A DNA stretch of 64,000 bases, taken from assembly GCA_963725665.1 (NCBI GenBank), contig CAVRZA010000011.1, forward strand, positions 96,001-160,000, read 5' to 3'. This document shows positions 29,587 to 39,180 of the stretch, piece after piece. The stretch's first letter is position 1. Each line of letters begins with the position of its first letter. The translations under genes were made by a program, and so were the position numbers. The stretch comes from an uncultured Actinomycetes bacterium. Its GTDB lineage: Bacteria > Actinomycetota > Thermoleophilia > UBA2241. Below the pieces are notes generated by a model. The model was given only the letters and a program-made list of their open reading frames with translations, searched no databases and had not been told where the DNA came from.

Positions 29587-31092
29587 ATGGCAGAGGTGAC
29601 CCAGACCAAGCAGTTCAACCTTCTCAAACCGCTCAAGGAAGACTACGGCACCATCAAGAACTACGTCGACGGCGAGTGGGTCGAGCCCAAGACCGACCGC
29701 TACCTCGACCTCCACAACCCGGCCGACGGCAAGGTCATCGGCAAGGTGCCGTTGAGCACTAAGGCCGAGACCGACAAGGCCATCAAGGCCGCCCACGACG
29801 CCTACTGGGACTGGCGCTCGACGCCGCCCATCGTGCGCGCGCGCTACATGTTCAAGATCAAGGGACTTCTCGACAAGTACCACGAGGAGATCGCCCGCAT
29901 CACCACGCAGGAGCACGGCAAGGCCATCGACGAGGCGCGCGGCGAGACGCTGCGGTCCATCGAGAACGTCGAGACGGCGGCCGGCATCACCAGTCTCATG
30001 ATGGGCTACAACCTCGAAGATGGCGCGGCCAAGAACATCGACGAGACGGTCGTGCGCCAGCCGCTGGGCGTGTTCGCCTGCGTGAGCCCCTTCAACTTCC
30101 CCGGCATGGTGCCGTTCTGGTTCTGGCCCTACGCGGTGGCCTCGGGCAACACGTTCGTCATCAAGGTCTCCGAGCAAACGCCGCTCACGCTCACGCGCAC
30201 CTTCGAGATCCTGCAGGACGCCGACCTGCCCGACGGCGTCCTCAACCTGGTGCACGGCGACAAGGAAGCCGTCGACGCCATCCTCGACAGCCCACTCGTC
30301 AAGGGCGTCACCTTCGTCGGCTCGACGCCCGTGGGCAAGTACATCTACGCCCGCTGCGGCGAGACCGGCAAGCGCTGCATCGCCCAGGCCGGCGCCAAGA
30401 ACTTCCTCACCGTGATGCCCGACGCCGAGATCGACCGCTCGACCGGCAACATGATGGCCAGCTTCTTCGGCTGCACCGGCCAGCGCTGCCTCGCCGGTGC
30501 CAACCTCATGGCCGTGGGCGACGTCTACGAGGAGCTCACGGCGAAGTTCGTCGCCGCGGCGGCTGCGCTGAAGGTCGGCCCCGGCCTTGACGAGTCGGTC
30601 AACATGGGTCCGATCATCTCGAAGAAGAGCCTCGAGCGCGTGCACAACTACATCGACATGGCCGTCAAGCAGGGCGCCGAGGTGCTCCTCGACGGGCGCG
30701 ACATCGTCGTGCCGGGCTTTGAGGGCGGCTACTACATCGGCCCGACGGTGCTCGACAAGGTGACGCCGGACATGACCCACGCCCAGGAGGAGATCTTCGG
30801 GCCGGTGGCGTCGATCATCCGCGTCAAGGACCTGGAGGAGTCAATCAAGATCACCAACGCCTCCCCCTTCGGCAACGCCGCCTCGATCTACACCACCAGC
30901 GGCCGTAGCGCGCGGCAGTTCTGGTACAAGGTGCAGACGGGCAACATCGGCGTGAACCTGGGCATCGCCGCCGCCATGGCCTACTTCCCGTTCGCCGGGC
31001 AGAAGGACTCTTTCTTCGGCACGATGCACGGCCAGGGCCAGGACGCGGTGAAGTTCTTCACCGACAGCAAGGTCGTCATCACGCGCTGGTAG
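29587..31092 (+). CDS. mmsA: CoA-acylating (methyl)malonate-semialdehyde dehydrogenase
   Basis: PFNFPGMVP, FVGSTPV, GAKNF, GQRCLA, EEIFGPV, KDSFFG. Confidence 0.88.
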   Translation: MAEVTQTKQFNLLKPLKEDYGTIKNYVDGEWVEPKTDRYLDLHNPADGKVIGKVPLSTKAETDKAIKAAHDAYWDWRSTPPIVRARYMFKIKGLLDKYHEEIARITTQEHGKAIDEARGETLRSIENVETAAGITSLMMGYNLEDGAAKNIDETVVRQPLGVFACVSPFNFPGMVPFWFWPYAVASGNTFVIKVSEQTPLTLTRTFEILQDADLPDGVLNLVHGDKEAVDAILDSPLVKGVTFVGSTPVGKYIYARCGETGKRCIAQAGAKNFLTVMPDAEIDRSTGNMMASFFGCTGQRCLAGANLMAVGDVYEELTAKFVAAAAALKVGPGLDESVNMGPIISKKSLERVHNYIDMAVKQGAEVLLDGRDIVVPGFEGGYYIGPTVLDKVTPDMTHAQEEIFGPVASIIRVKDLEESIKITNASPFGNAASIYTTSGRSARQFWYKVQTGNIGVNLGIAAAMAYFPFAGQKDSFFGTMHGQGQDAVKFFTDSKVVITRW

Positions 31093-31126
31093 CGGCTCGG
31101 GCGACTGAAGAGACAAAGGAGACGAC

Positions 31127-31573
31127 GTGGCTCGCCAGTTCCCCGAGATCGTGGCCTACGGGTCCGCCTTTCGCTTCGCGCTCGAGGCCGAGTCGGCGTG
31201 CGCCGACTTCGCGGCCGCGGCCGGAGTGGTCGCGCCCGACGAGGCGTGGCGGGAGCGGCTCGAGATGCTCGTGTGTACCCACGACGATCGGGTGCAGAAG
31301 CTGACCGTCATCCGGCAAGAGGTCAACGAGATGATCCTCGAGCCGATCCACTCCCTAGACGGCGGCGACTACCTCGGGACGCTCGACGCCGAGGCGGCCA
31401 CGGGCTGGCCGGAGGTCGTCGAGCAGCTCATCCAGGCGGAGGAGGACACAGCCCGCTACCACGAGGATTTCGTGGCGGCGGCCGAAGACGTGCTGGCGGC
31501 CAGCGCGCGGGCCTTCAAGAAGGCCGCCAAGCAGGACCGCCAGGCGGCCGAGGAGTTGCGCGCGGCCCTCTAG
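31127..31573 (+). CDS. Ferritin-like fold hypothetical protein
   Basis: AAGGAG RBS; helical pattern FALEAE...H...EMILEPI...QAEE...YHED. Confidence 0.65.
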   Translation: MARQFPEIVAYGSAFRFALEAESACADFAAAAGVVAPDEAWRERLEMLVCTHDDRVQKLTVIRQEVNEMILEPIHSLDGGDYLGTLDAEAATGWPEVVEQLIQAEEDTARYHEDFVAAAEDVLAASARAFKKAAKQDRQAAEELRAAL

Positions 31574-31791
31574 ACCGAGCGCACTCGTAGGCCGCCTTGC
31601 GACGGGCGGCGCCGGGCGCTGAGGCGCCCGGCGCCGCCCGTCGCCACGGCAGCAGACAGAAGGGCGGCGCTCGGAGGCGCCGAACTCTCACAGGGAGACC
31701 GCTGCGGCCGATACCTTGAGTTGGCCGGCGTACTCGATATCGAGTAGGCTCACGGCGGCAGCAGGCGTCACGCTCCAGTGAGGTGAGGACC

Positions 31792-32741
31792 ATGGACCCC
31801 AAGGACCTGTCCCGGCGAGACTTCCTCAAGCTGATCGGAGCGGCCTCCGCGGGCGCGGTCATCCTCGGCGGCGCCGGCCTCGACCTCGACGAGGCCGACG
31901 CCGCCTACCCCTACTACCTGACGGTCGCCAAGGGCGGCAACAGCGACGCCGCGGCCTGCACGCGCGCGGCGATCAAGGGCCTGGGCGGCATGGGCCGCTT
32001 CGTCAAGAGCGGCCAGACCGTCATCATCAAGCCCAACATCTGCACGCAGTACCGAACCGCAGCCTACGCGGCCACGACCAACCCCGTCGTCGTCGGCCAC
32101 CCTCGTCAAGCTCTGCAAGGGCGCACGGGGCGAAGAGCGTGCGCGTCATGGACATGCCCATCGGCGCGGCGAACGTGACCGTGCAGAAGGCGGCCTGGTC
32201 CAAGAGCGGCATCAAGGCCGCCGTCGAGGCCGCCGGGGGAACGATGGCCGCCATGACCCCCCAGCGCTTCCTCAAGTACAACATCCCGTCGCACGCCAAC
32301 CGCGCCATCTCCTCCTGGAACGTCTACCGCGACATCATGGAGTGCGACGTGCTCATCAACGTGCCCATCGCCAAGGTGCACGGGACCACCAAGCTGACGC
32401 TGGGCGCGAAGAACCTGCTCGGCGTGGTCACGAGCCCGGCGTCGCTGCACTCCGGCATCGGCCAGAAGGTAGCCGACCTGGCGAGCCTCATCAGACCGAA
32501 CCTCACGGTGGTCGACGCCATGCGCATCCTGGTGAGCAACGGGCCGACCGGAGGCAGCCTCTCGTACGTGCGACGCAAGAACACGGTGATCGCGAGCAAG
32601 GACTTCGTCGCCGCCGACTCGCGCGCCACGCACCTCTTCGGCATGCACGGCTCCGACATCGGCTACATCAAGGCCATGGCCGCCATCGGGCTGGGCAAGA
32701 TGAACCTCACCGGGCTCAACGTGCACACCTACTACGTCTGA
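31792..32741 (+). CDS. Tat-exported DUF362 family protein (frameshifts near 32094 and 32125)
   Basis: SRRDFLK; VIIKPNI...TTNP; INVPIAKVHGTTKLTLGAKNLLG. Confidence 0.85.
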
Positions 32742-32769
32742 GGGATCCCAGCACGTCCCCTGAGGAGTC

Positions 32770-34438
32770 TTGAGCACTTCCGAGCGGCCTCCAAGCCGCC
32801 CCGCCTCGACCGGCGGCGGTGAGGAGGCGGCCGTCCCGTCGCGCGCGCGTACGTCCAACCCGCTGAGCTGGCGCGACGCGCGCCGGCTGCGGCGCGTGGT
32901 GCAGGCCGGCGTGTTCGTTGCCTTCGTCGTCGTCCTCGTGCTGGCCGGGCAGCGCACCGCGCCTCCGTCCAAGGCCGACATCTTCTTCCGTTTCGACCCC
33001 TTGGCCGCTCTCTCGGCGATGCTCTCGCAGCGCGCCTGGCTGCCGCGCTTCGAGCTCGTGCTCGTCACGATGGCGCTCACGCTCGTACTGGGCAGGGTCT
33101 GGTGCGGCTGGATCTGCCCGCTGGGCACGCTCCTCGAATGGTTCACCTTCAGGAGGGCGCGGCGGCGGGCGCACGCCCTGCCACCGCGCCTCAAGCAGAT
33201 CAAGTACGTCCTGCTGCTGGTCATGGTGGTGATGGCCGCCCTCGGTAGCCTGACGCTGCTCGTCCTTGATCCGCTGGCGCTGCTCACGCGCACGATGGCG
33301 GTCTCCGTTCTGCCTGCCCTCAACGTCGGCGTGACGCGCCTCGAAGAGGTGCTCTATCACGTGGGCGCCCTGCAGCCGCGCATCGACTGGTTCGAGGCGC
33401 ACGCGCGCGGCGTCGTCGTGCCGGCCACGCAGCAGCTCTTCGCCGGCGGCCTGCTGGTCGCCCTGATACTCGTCGCCATCGTCGCGCTCAACGCGCTCGA
33501 CCGACCGCTTCTGGTGCCGCGCGCTCTGCCCGTTGGGAGCGCTGCTCGGGCTGCTGGCGAAGATCGCCGTCTTGCGGCCCGTCGTGGGCGCGCCGTGCGC
33601 GTCGTGCGCGCGCTGCGCGCACGCCTGCCGGCTCGACGCCATCGAGGTCGAGACGACGGCGGGCGCCGCCGGCGGGGCGGCCGCCCCGCCGGCGGCGCCC
33701 GCCGTCGTCACCTCCGAGTGCACCATGTGCCTCGACTGCCTCGTCGCCTGCCCCGAGTCGATGACCATCGGAGTCTCGTTGCGGCCCACGCCCTGGCAGG
33801 CATACGACCCGGGCCGCCGCGAGTTCCTCGCGGCGACCGCCGCCGGGGTCGGCGCCGTGTTGCTCCTGGGCACCGGCGTCTGGACGAAGGTGCCGGCGCC
33901 GGGCCTGATCCGCCCGCCCGGCGCCGACGATGAGGAGGCATTCCTGGCCGCCTGCGTACGTTGCGGCGAGTGTCAGCAGGTGTGCCCGACCTCCGGGTTG
34001 CAGCCAGCGCTGACCGAGGCTGGCTGGACCGGCTTCTGGTCGCCGGTGCTGCGGCCGCGACTGGGCTACTGCTCCTACGACTGCATCGCTTGCAGCAAGG
34101 TCTGCCCCTCGGGGGCGATCCCGCGACTCACGCTCGACGAGAAGCACAAGGCGGTGATCGGCAAGGCCGTCATCGACCGCAATCGCTGCCTGCCCTGGTC
34201 CCAAGACAAGACCTGCATCGTCTGCCAGGAGGTCTGCCCGCTGCCCAAGAAGGCGGTCGTCCTCAAGCAACGCGCTCTGCGCAAGAACGCCGCCGGCTTC
34301 ACCGACTACCTCCAGCTCCCCAAAGTCGTGGTCGACCGCTGCACCGGCTGCGGGTTGTGCGAGTACGAGTGCCCTGTCTCGGGCCGGGCGGCCATCACGG
34401 TCGAGCACTGGTCCCCGGCCGCCACGCCGTCCGGCTGA
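32770..34438 (+). CDS. Membrane 4Fe-4S protein (NapH/FixG-like fused to NapG/MauM-like polyferredoxin; frameshift near 33500)
   Basis: GRVWCGWICPLG, RFWCRALCPLG, several CxxCxxCxxxCP motifs, IRPPGA. Confidence 0.85.
33652..33709. repeat. Perfect 58-bp palindrome inside coding sequence
   Basis: GACGACGGCGGGCGCCGCCGGCGGGGCGG|CCGCCCCGCCGGCGGCGCCCGCCGTCGTC. Confidence 0.95.
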
Positions 34439-34552
34439 CCTGCGGTCGCCCGTCTCCATGGGCGGCGTTCGAGAGCGGCGCCATTTACGAACGACCTCGT
34501 GGTGTGATGGGATTGACTGCCGGGACAGGCCCGCGACCGTCAGGGAGAAGCC

Positions 34553-35062
34553 ATGCTGCAGAAGAAGATGCTTGCCGCGCTCAACGAGCAGATCAACTGG
34601 GAGTTCTACTCCGCCTACCTCTACCTCGCCATGTCGGCCCGCTTCCACGCCCTCAACATGCCGGGGGGAGCGAACTGGATGAACGTGCAGTTCCAGGAGG
34701 AGCTCTCGCACGCGCTGAGGTTCTTCGACTACGTGACCGGCCGCGGCGGCGAGGTCAAGCTGGGCGCCATCGACGAGCCGCCGCGTGACTGGCAGAACGG
34801 GGTCGAGATGTTCGAGGTCGCCCTCAACCACGAGCAGATTGTCACCAAGCGCATCGACAACCTCGCCGACCTGGCGCTGCAGCTCAAGGACCACGCCACG
34901 CACCAGATGCTGCAGTGGTTCATCGCCGAGCAGGTCGAGGAGGAAGCCTCCGCCGAGCTCCTCTTGGGCAAGTTCCGCCTCGGGCAGGAGTTCCCGGGCG
35001 CGCTCTTCCAGATCGACAGCGAGATGGCGGCCCGCGTCTATACGCCGCCACCGGCCGCGTAG
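34553..35062 (+). CDS. ftn: Ferritin
   Basis: NEQINWEFYSAYLYLAM, QFQEELSHA, HEQIVT, WFIAEQVEEE. Confidence 0.95.
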   Translation: MLQKKMLAALNEQINWEFYSAYLYLAMSARFHALNMPGGANWMNVQFQEELSHALRFFDYVTGRGGEVKLGAIDEPPRDWQNGVEMFEVALNHEQIVTKRIDNLADLALQLKDHATHQMLQWFIAEQVEEEASAELLLGKFRLGQEFPGALFQIDSEMAARVYTPPPAA

Positions 35063-35067
35063 GAGTA

Positions 35068-35119
35068 GCGGCGGCGGGCGGCGCGGCGGGCCATGGCCCG
35101 CCGCGCCGCCCGCCGCCGC
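35068..35119. repeat. Perfect 52-bp palindrome after the ferritin gene
   Basis: GCGGCGGCGGGCGGCGCGGCGGGCCA|TGGCCCGCCGCGCCGCCCGCCGCCGC. Confidence 0.92.
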
Positions 35120-35147
35120 GCCGTTCCCTTCCTGCTAGACTCCAAGC

Positions 35148-35831
35148 GTGATCCAGGAAGACCTCAAGCGCTCTCCCCTCTTCGCGTCACTGCCGCCGGA
35201 TGAGCTCGCCGAGCTCGCCGCGCTCGCCCGGCCGGTGCGTCTGCCGGCGCATCACGTCGTCTTCTCGCAGGGCGACCAAGCCGATGCCTTCCACCTCGTG
35301 TCGCACGGACGCGTGCGCGTGTTCAAGGTGCTGCGCGACGGCCGCGCGGTCACCCTGCGCCACGTCGGCGCCGGCGAGACCTTCGGTGAGGCCGCGCTCT
35401 TCGCCGCCGCGTACCCCGCGTTCGCCCAGACCATGGATGAGACGCAGCTCTACCGCATACGGATCGAGCCCTTCCGCAGGCTGCTCGCCGAACGTCCGGA
35501 TCTGGCGCTCAACCTCCTCGCCGCCCAGGCCCATCTCATGGTGCTCCTCTCCCAACGCGTCGAGGAGCTGCTGCTCCCCGTGCCGGCCCGCCTGGCGCGC
35601 TACCTGCTCGAGCTCTCCACGCAGCAGGGAACGGCCGATCTGCGCCTGCCGGTCTCCAAGCACGAGCTCGCCAACCGTCTGGGCACCGTCCCCGAGACGC
35701 TCAGCCGCGCCCTCACGCAACTCGCCCGGTCGCGGCTCATCAAGCGGCGGGGCGAGACGATCGAGATCCTCGATCCCGAGGGCCTCGATCGTCTCGCCCA
35801 GCTCCCTCCCAGCGCCAAAGGGCCGACATAG
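35148..35831 (+). CDS. Crp/Fnr family regulator (Cys-free, Dnr/HcpR-like)
   Basis: GETFGEAALF; HTH GTVPETLSRAL. Confidence 0.9.
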   Translation: MIQEDLKRSPLFASLPPDELAELAALARPVRLPAHHVVFSQGDQADAFHLVSHGRVRVFKVLRDGRAVTLRHVGAGETFGEAALFAAAYPAFAQTMDETQLYRIRIEPFRRLLAERPDLALNLLAAQAHLMVLLSQRVEELLLPVPARLARYLLELSTQQGTADLRLPVSKHELANRLGTVPETLSRALTQLARSRLIKRRGETIEILDPEGLDRLAQLPPSAKGPT

Positions 35832-35975
35832 GGTCCGCTCGCCGCCGGCCACGAGCCTTTCGCGCGCGATCAGCGCCGCACCGGTCTCTTCTCGCGTCCT
35901 CCCGGTCACCGCAGCGGCCTTTGCCGACCACAGCCTCGAGATGCCTGCACAACCCCGCGTCTCCGCAGAACTGGC

Positions 35976-35990
35976 ATAAGGGATTCTTAT
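35976..35990. promoter_or_regulatory. Putative LysR-type operator upstream of cysH
   Basis: ATAAG-N5-CTTAT inverted repeat (T-N11-A) in an AT-rich island. Confidence 0.45.
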
Positions 35991-36067
35991 TTGCTTCATG
36001 AGTGAAACGCATCTATAGTCTCGCACCATCGCCATAGTGCAAACCGCATGGACCGGGAGGTTCACGA

Positions 36068-36785
36068 GTGAGAGCAGCAGCGACCCCTGAGGAGATCCAC
36101 GACCTCGTCAACGGTCTGAACTTCAAGGAGAAGGTGGAGCGCTCGCTCGACCTCATCAACGACGCCTACAAGGAGTTCGGCGACGGTCTCGTCGTCGCCA
36201 ACAGCCTGGGCAAGGACTCGGTGGTCGTCTGGGACTTGGCCAAGCGCGTCAGCGCCGACATCCGCGGCTTCATCGTCACCACGCGCTACAAGCCAGCCGA
36301 GACGAAGCAGTTCATGCTCGACCTCGTGGCCAGGTACCCGGAGACGCGCGTCTTCGCAAACGACGTCGAGATCCCTGACGAGCTCTACAAGACCGATCCC
36401 GACCGCTGCTGCGATCTTCTCAAGGTGCAACCCGTGCGCTGGGCGATCGAGGAGATGGGCGTGAGCTGCTGGGTCACCGGCCTGCGCTGCACCGAAGGGC
36501 GCACGCGCACCGACTATCTCGAGATCGAGGAGCGCGACGAGGGCCTCTTGAAGCTCAACCCGATCCTCCTCTGGCACGAGCGCGAGATCTGGCAGTACAT
36601 CGCCATCTACCAGGTGCCGGTCAACCCGTCTGTACGCCGAGGGCTACCGTTCGCTCGGCTGCGCGCCCTGCACGCACATCACCACGGGGATCAACGAGCG
36701 CGACGGCCGTTGGATCGGCACCAGCAAGTGCGGCGGCGAGTGCGGCATCCACACCCGGCCGCTGAAGGTCGGAACCCCCGTCTGA
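36068..36785 (+). CDS. cysH: APS/PAPS reductase, [4Fe-4S] APS-reductase type (frameshift near 36628)
   Basis: SLGKDS, RCCDLLKVQP, then in the shifted frame GYRSLGCAPCT...ERDGRW...ECGIH. Confidence 0.88.
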
Positions 36786-36834
36786 AGTCGGCCGGGACTC
36801 TGGCCTCGGCGCCGCTCTGCGGCGTGGCACAGCG

Positions 36835-37797
36835 ATGACACCCCACCCGATCGACGAGGGCACGGCCCCGGTCCAGACCGCGGCGCTGCCGGGACTCCCG
36901 GCGCCGACCGCGGCTGCCAGCGTCCTCGACCTCTCCAGGCGACACGTCTGGTGGCTTGCCGCCGCTGTGGCTTGGGGGGTGATCCTGACGTTCGCGTACG
37001 CCACCGTCGGCGATCGGCTGAACCCCTATCTCACGGTCACCGGACTGCTGATCGGGTTCCTCGTCGGCCTCACCGGCATGGGCGGCGGCGCTCTCATGAC
37101 GCCCATCCTCATCTTCGTCTTCGGCTTCAAACCGACCCTGGCCATCGGCACCGACATCACCTACGGCGCCATCACGAAGTGGTTCGGCGCCTGGCGGCAC
37201 TGGCGCCAAGGCTCGGTGGACCTGCCGCTCACGTTCTACCTCGCGCTCGGGAGCGTGCCGGCCACGATCTTCGGCGTAGGCCTGATCCATCTGCTCAAGA
37301 ACGCCTACGGGGACCGGCTCGACAGCCTCCTCTACCGGCTGATCGGAGCGGCTCTCGTCGCGGTCGGCGTCACCCTGGTGCTGCGCTCGGTGGTGCGCGC
37401 GGACAAGGTCTACCGGCGCGAGAACATCGCCCTCCCTCTGAAGAGGAAGATCCTGACGATCGGCCTGGGGGCGGCGACGGGGTTCATCGTCGGCCTCACC
37501 TCGGTCGGCAGCGGCACCTTCTTGGGGATGTTCCTGCTGCTGGCCTATCCGCTCGCCACGAGCAGGGTAGTGGGGACCGACGTCTTCCACGCCGCCATCC
37601 TCCTCGGAGCGGCAGCGATCGCGCAGGCGAGCATCGGCAACGTCGACCCCTGGATGGTGCTCGCGCTGCTGCTCGGGTCGATCCCCGGCGTCGTCGCTGG
37701 GTCTGGCCTCACCATCCGCACGCCCAACCGCCTGCTGCGCATCTGCCTGGCGATGGTGCTCTTCTTGAGCGGCATCGCGCTGTTCGGCAAGGCCTGA
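36835..37797 (+). CDS. TauE/SafE family sulfite/sulfur-compound transporter
   Basis: GLTGMGGGALMTP, AIGTD, TSVGSG, VGTD. Confidence 0.9.
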   Translation: MTPHPIDEGTAPVQTAALPGLPAPTAAASVLDLSRRHVWWLAAAVAWGVILTFAYATVGDRLNPYLTVTGLLIGFLVGLTGMGGGALMTPILIFVFGFKPTLAIGTDITYGAITKWFGAWRHWRQGSVDLPLTFYLALGSVPATIFGVGLIHLLKNAYGDRLDSLLYRLIGAALVAVGVTLVLRSVVRADKVYRRENIALPLKRKILTIGLGAATGFIVGLTSVGSGTFLGMFLLLAYPLATSRVVGTDVFHAAILLGAAAIAQASIGNVDPWMVLALLLGSIPGVVAGSGLTIRTPNRLLRICLAMVLFLSGIALFGKA

Positions 37798-37878
37798 CGG
37801 CGGGCGGCGGGGCGGCCCGCGGCCGCCCCGCCGCCCACCCGATACCCGAACCCGCCGCGATGCCACCATGACCCTCGA

Positions 37879-37954
37879 GCCGGTGTCGTCGCCGATGCGC
37901 CGGACTTGGCCCACGGGCCGGTGTCGTCGCCGATCCGCCAGGCTTGACCTAAGT
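37879..37954 (+). repeat. Two imperfect 38-bp tandem direct repeats
   Basis: GCCGGTGTCGTCGCCGAT... at 37879 and 37917. Confidence 0.85.
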
Positions 37955-37957
37955 CAA
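37944..37957. promoter_or_regulatory. Fnr/Dnr-type binding box
   Basis: TTGAC-CTAA-GTCAA dyad upstream of a 4Fe-4S protein gene. Confidence 0.7.
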
Positions 37958-38070
37958 GGGCGCGGACTGCGCTCGACCGGGTAGAGTTGTTCCTGTCAAC
38001 GTAGTGATTACTCGGCGGCGCCCCCGGTGAGCCGGCGCGCGCGGCTAGAAGAGGCGAAAGCGAGGAGCCG

Positions 38071-38457
38071 ATGACCGCGACGACAGTCCGCAAGATCGTC
38101 AAGATCGATGAGGAGAAGTGCACCGGCTGCGGCCTGTGCGTCATCCCCTGCGCCGAGGGCGCCATCGAGATCATCGACGGCAAGGCGAAGGTGATGAAGG
38201 AGGAGCTCTGCGACGGCGCCGGCTTCTGCCTGGCCGTGTGTCCCGAGGGCGCCCTCACGGTCGAGGAGCGCGAAGCCCCGGCCTTCGACGAGGCCTCAGC
38301 CGAGGAGCACACGCTCGCCAAGGCCGATGAGCGCATCACTCAGCACTGCTTCCGCTGCGGCAACTCCGAGGACGACGCCGTCCTCTTCCCCGCGCGCTAC
38401 CAGGGCCAGAGCCTCTGGGCGTGCGTCAGATGCCTGCCGGCACTGATACACGGCTGA
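38071..38457 (+). CDS. 4Fe-4S dicluster protein with C-terminal CxxC...CxxC
   Basis: CTGCGLCVIPC, CDGAGFCLAVCP, CFRC, CVRC. Confidence 0.88.
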   Translation: MTATTVRKIVKIDEEKCTGCGLCVIPCAEGAIEIIDGKAKVMKEELCDGAGFCLAVCPEGALTVEEREAPAFDEASAEEHTLAKADERITQHCFRCGNSEDDAVLFPARYQGQSLWACVRCLPALIHG

Positions 38458-38495
38458 CGGCAGCTCTGGCTGAGATTCCCTCCCAGCGGTAGAAC

Positions 38496-38530
38496 GGGGC
38501 GGGCGCCGAGAGGCGCCCGCCCCTTCTGTT
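38496..38530 (+). terminator. Terminator
   Basis: 12-bp GC stem, GAGA loop, TTCTGTT tail. Confidence 0.75.
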
Positions 38531-38626
38531 GCCGTGACCCGGCACGCGGAACAGCGTAGGCTGTCGAAGTCCGCTGTGTCCTGCAAGTCACTGCCGGAGG
38601 GGTAGCGGGCGCGGAGGGGAGCCCCG

Positions 38627-39085
38627 ACGTTCTGTCCCAGATGTGGAGCCGAGTACCGACCAGGGTTCACCCGATGCGCCGACTGTCTCGTCCCGCTGGT
38701 CGATCACCTGCCGCACGATGAGACCCCGCCAAAGCACGCCCGCAACGGCGCACCCCCTCGACGGGAAGGGCCGGCCAGGCGGGACTTCACCCGTGAGACG
38801 CCTCGCCCCGACCTCAGACTCGTCACGGTGTTCGCGACAGGCGACCCAGCCCTCGTCGCGCTTGCCAAGTCCGTCCTTCAATCGGCGTCTATCGAGTTCA
38901 TGACCCGTGGCGAGGGGATCCAGAACCTGTTCGGGATCGGCGGTTTGAGCGTGAGCGGCTTCAATCCGATCACCGGGCCGGTAGAGTTCCTGGTCGCCGC
39001 CGAGGAAGAGGACGACGCCAGGCGGCTGCTCGAGGACCTCACGGCCGGCCACGCCGGCGGCGAAAGCGGCCCTGCCAATCGCTAG
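38627..39085 (+). CDS. Zn-ribbon + DUF2007-like (putative signal-transducing) protein; apparent ACG start
   Basis: ACG-TTC-TGT-CCC = (M)FCPRCGAEYRPGFTRCADC, in frame with ORF 38828..39085; GGAGGGGAG RBS. Confidence 0.7.
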   Translation, partial: TFCPRCGAEYRPGFTRCADCLVPLVDHLPHDETPPKHARNGAPPRREGPARRDFTRETPRPDLRLVTVFATGDPALVALAKSVLQSASIEFMTRGEGIQNLFGIGGLSVSGFNPITGPVEFLVAAEEEDDARRLLEDLTAGHAGGESGPANR

Positions 39086-39110
39086 CGCGAGATGTTCCGC
39101 CAGCATCAAC

Positions 39111-39146
39111 GGGGCGGGGGAGCGCCATTCGGCGCTCCCCCGCCCC
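39111..39146. terminator. Hairpin between convergent genes
   Basis: 16-bp stem with ATTC loop. Confidence 0.65.
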
Positions 39147-39180
39147 CTCACCTGCTGTCAGTCAGCCCCGTCGGGACTCG

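Noticed and set aside
37879-37954. Tandem repeat as a mini-CRISPR
   Set aside because: Only two adjacent degenerate units, no unique spacers and no cas genes.
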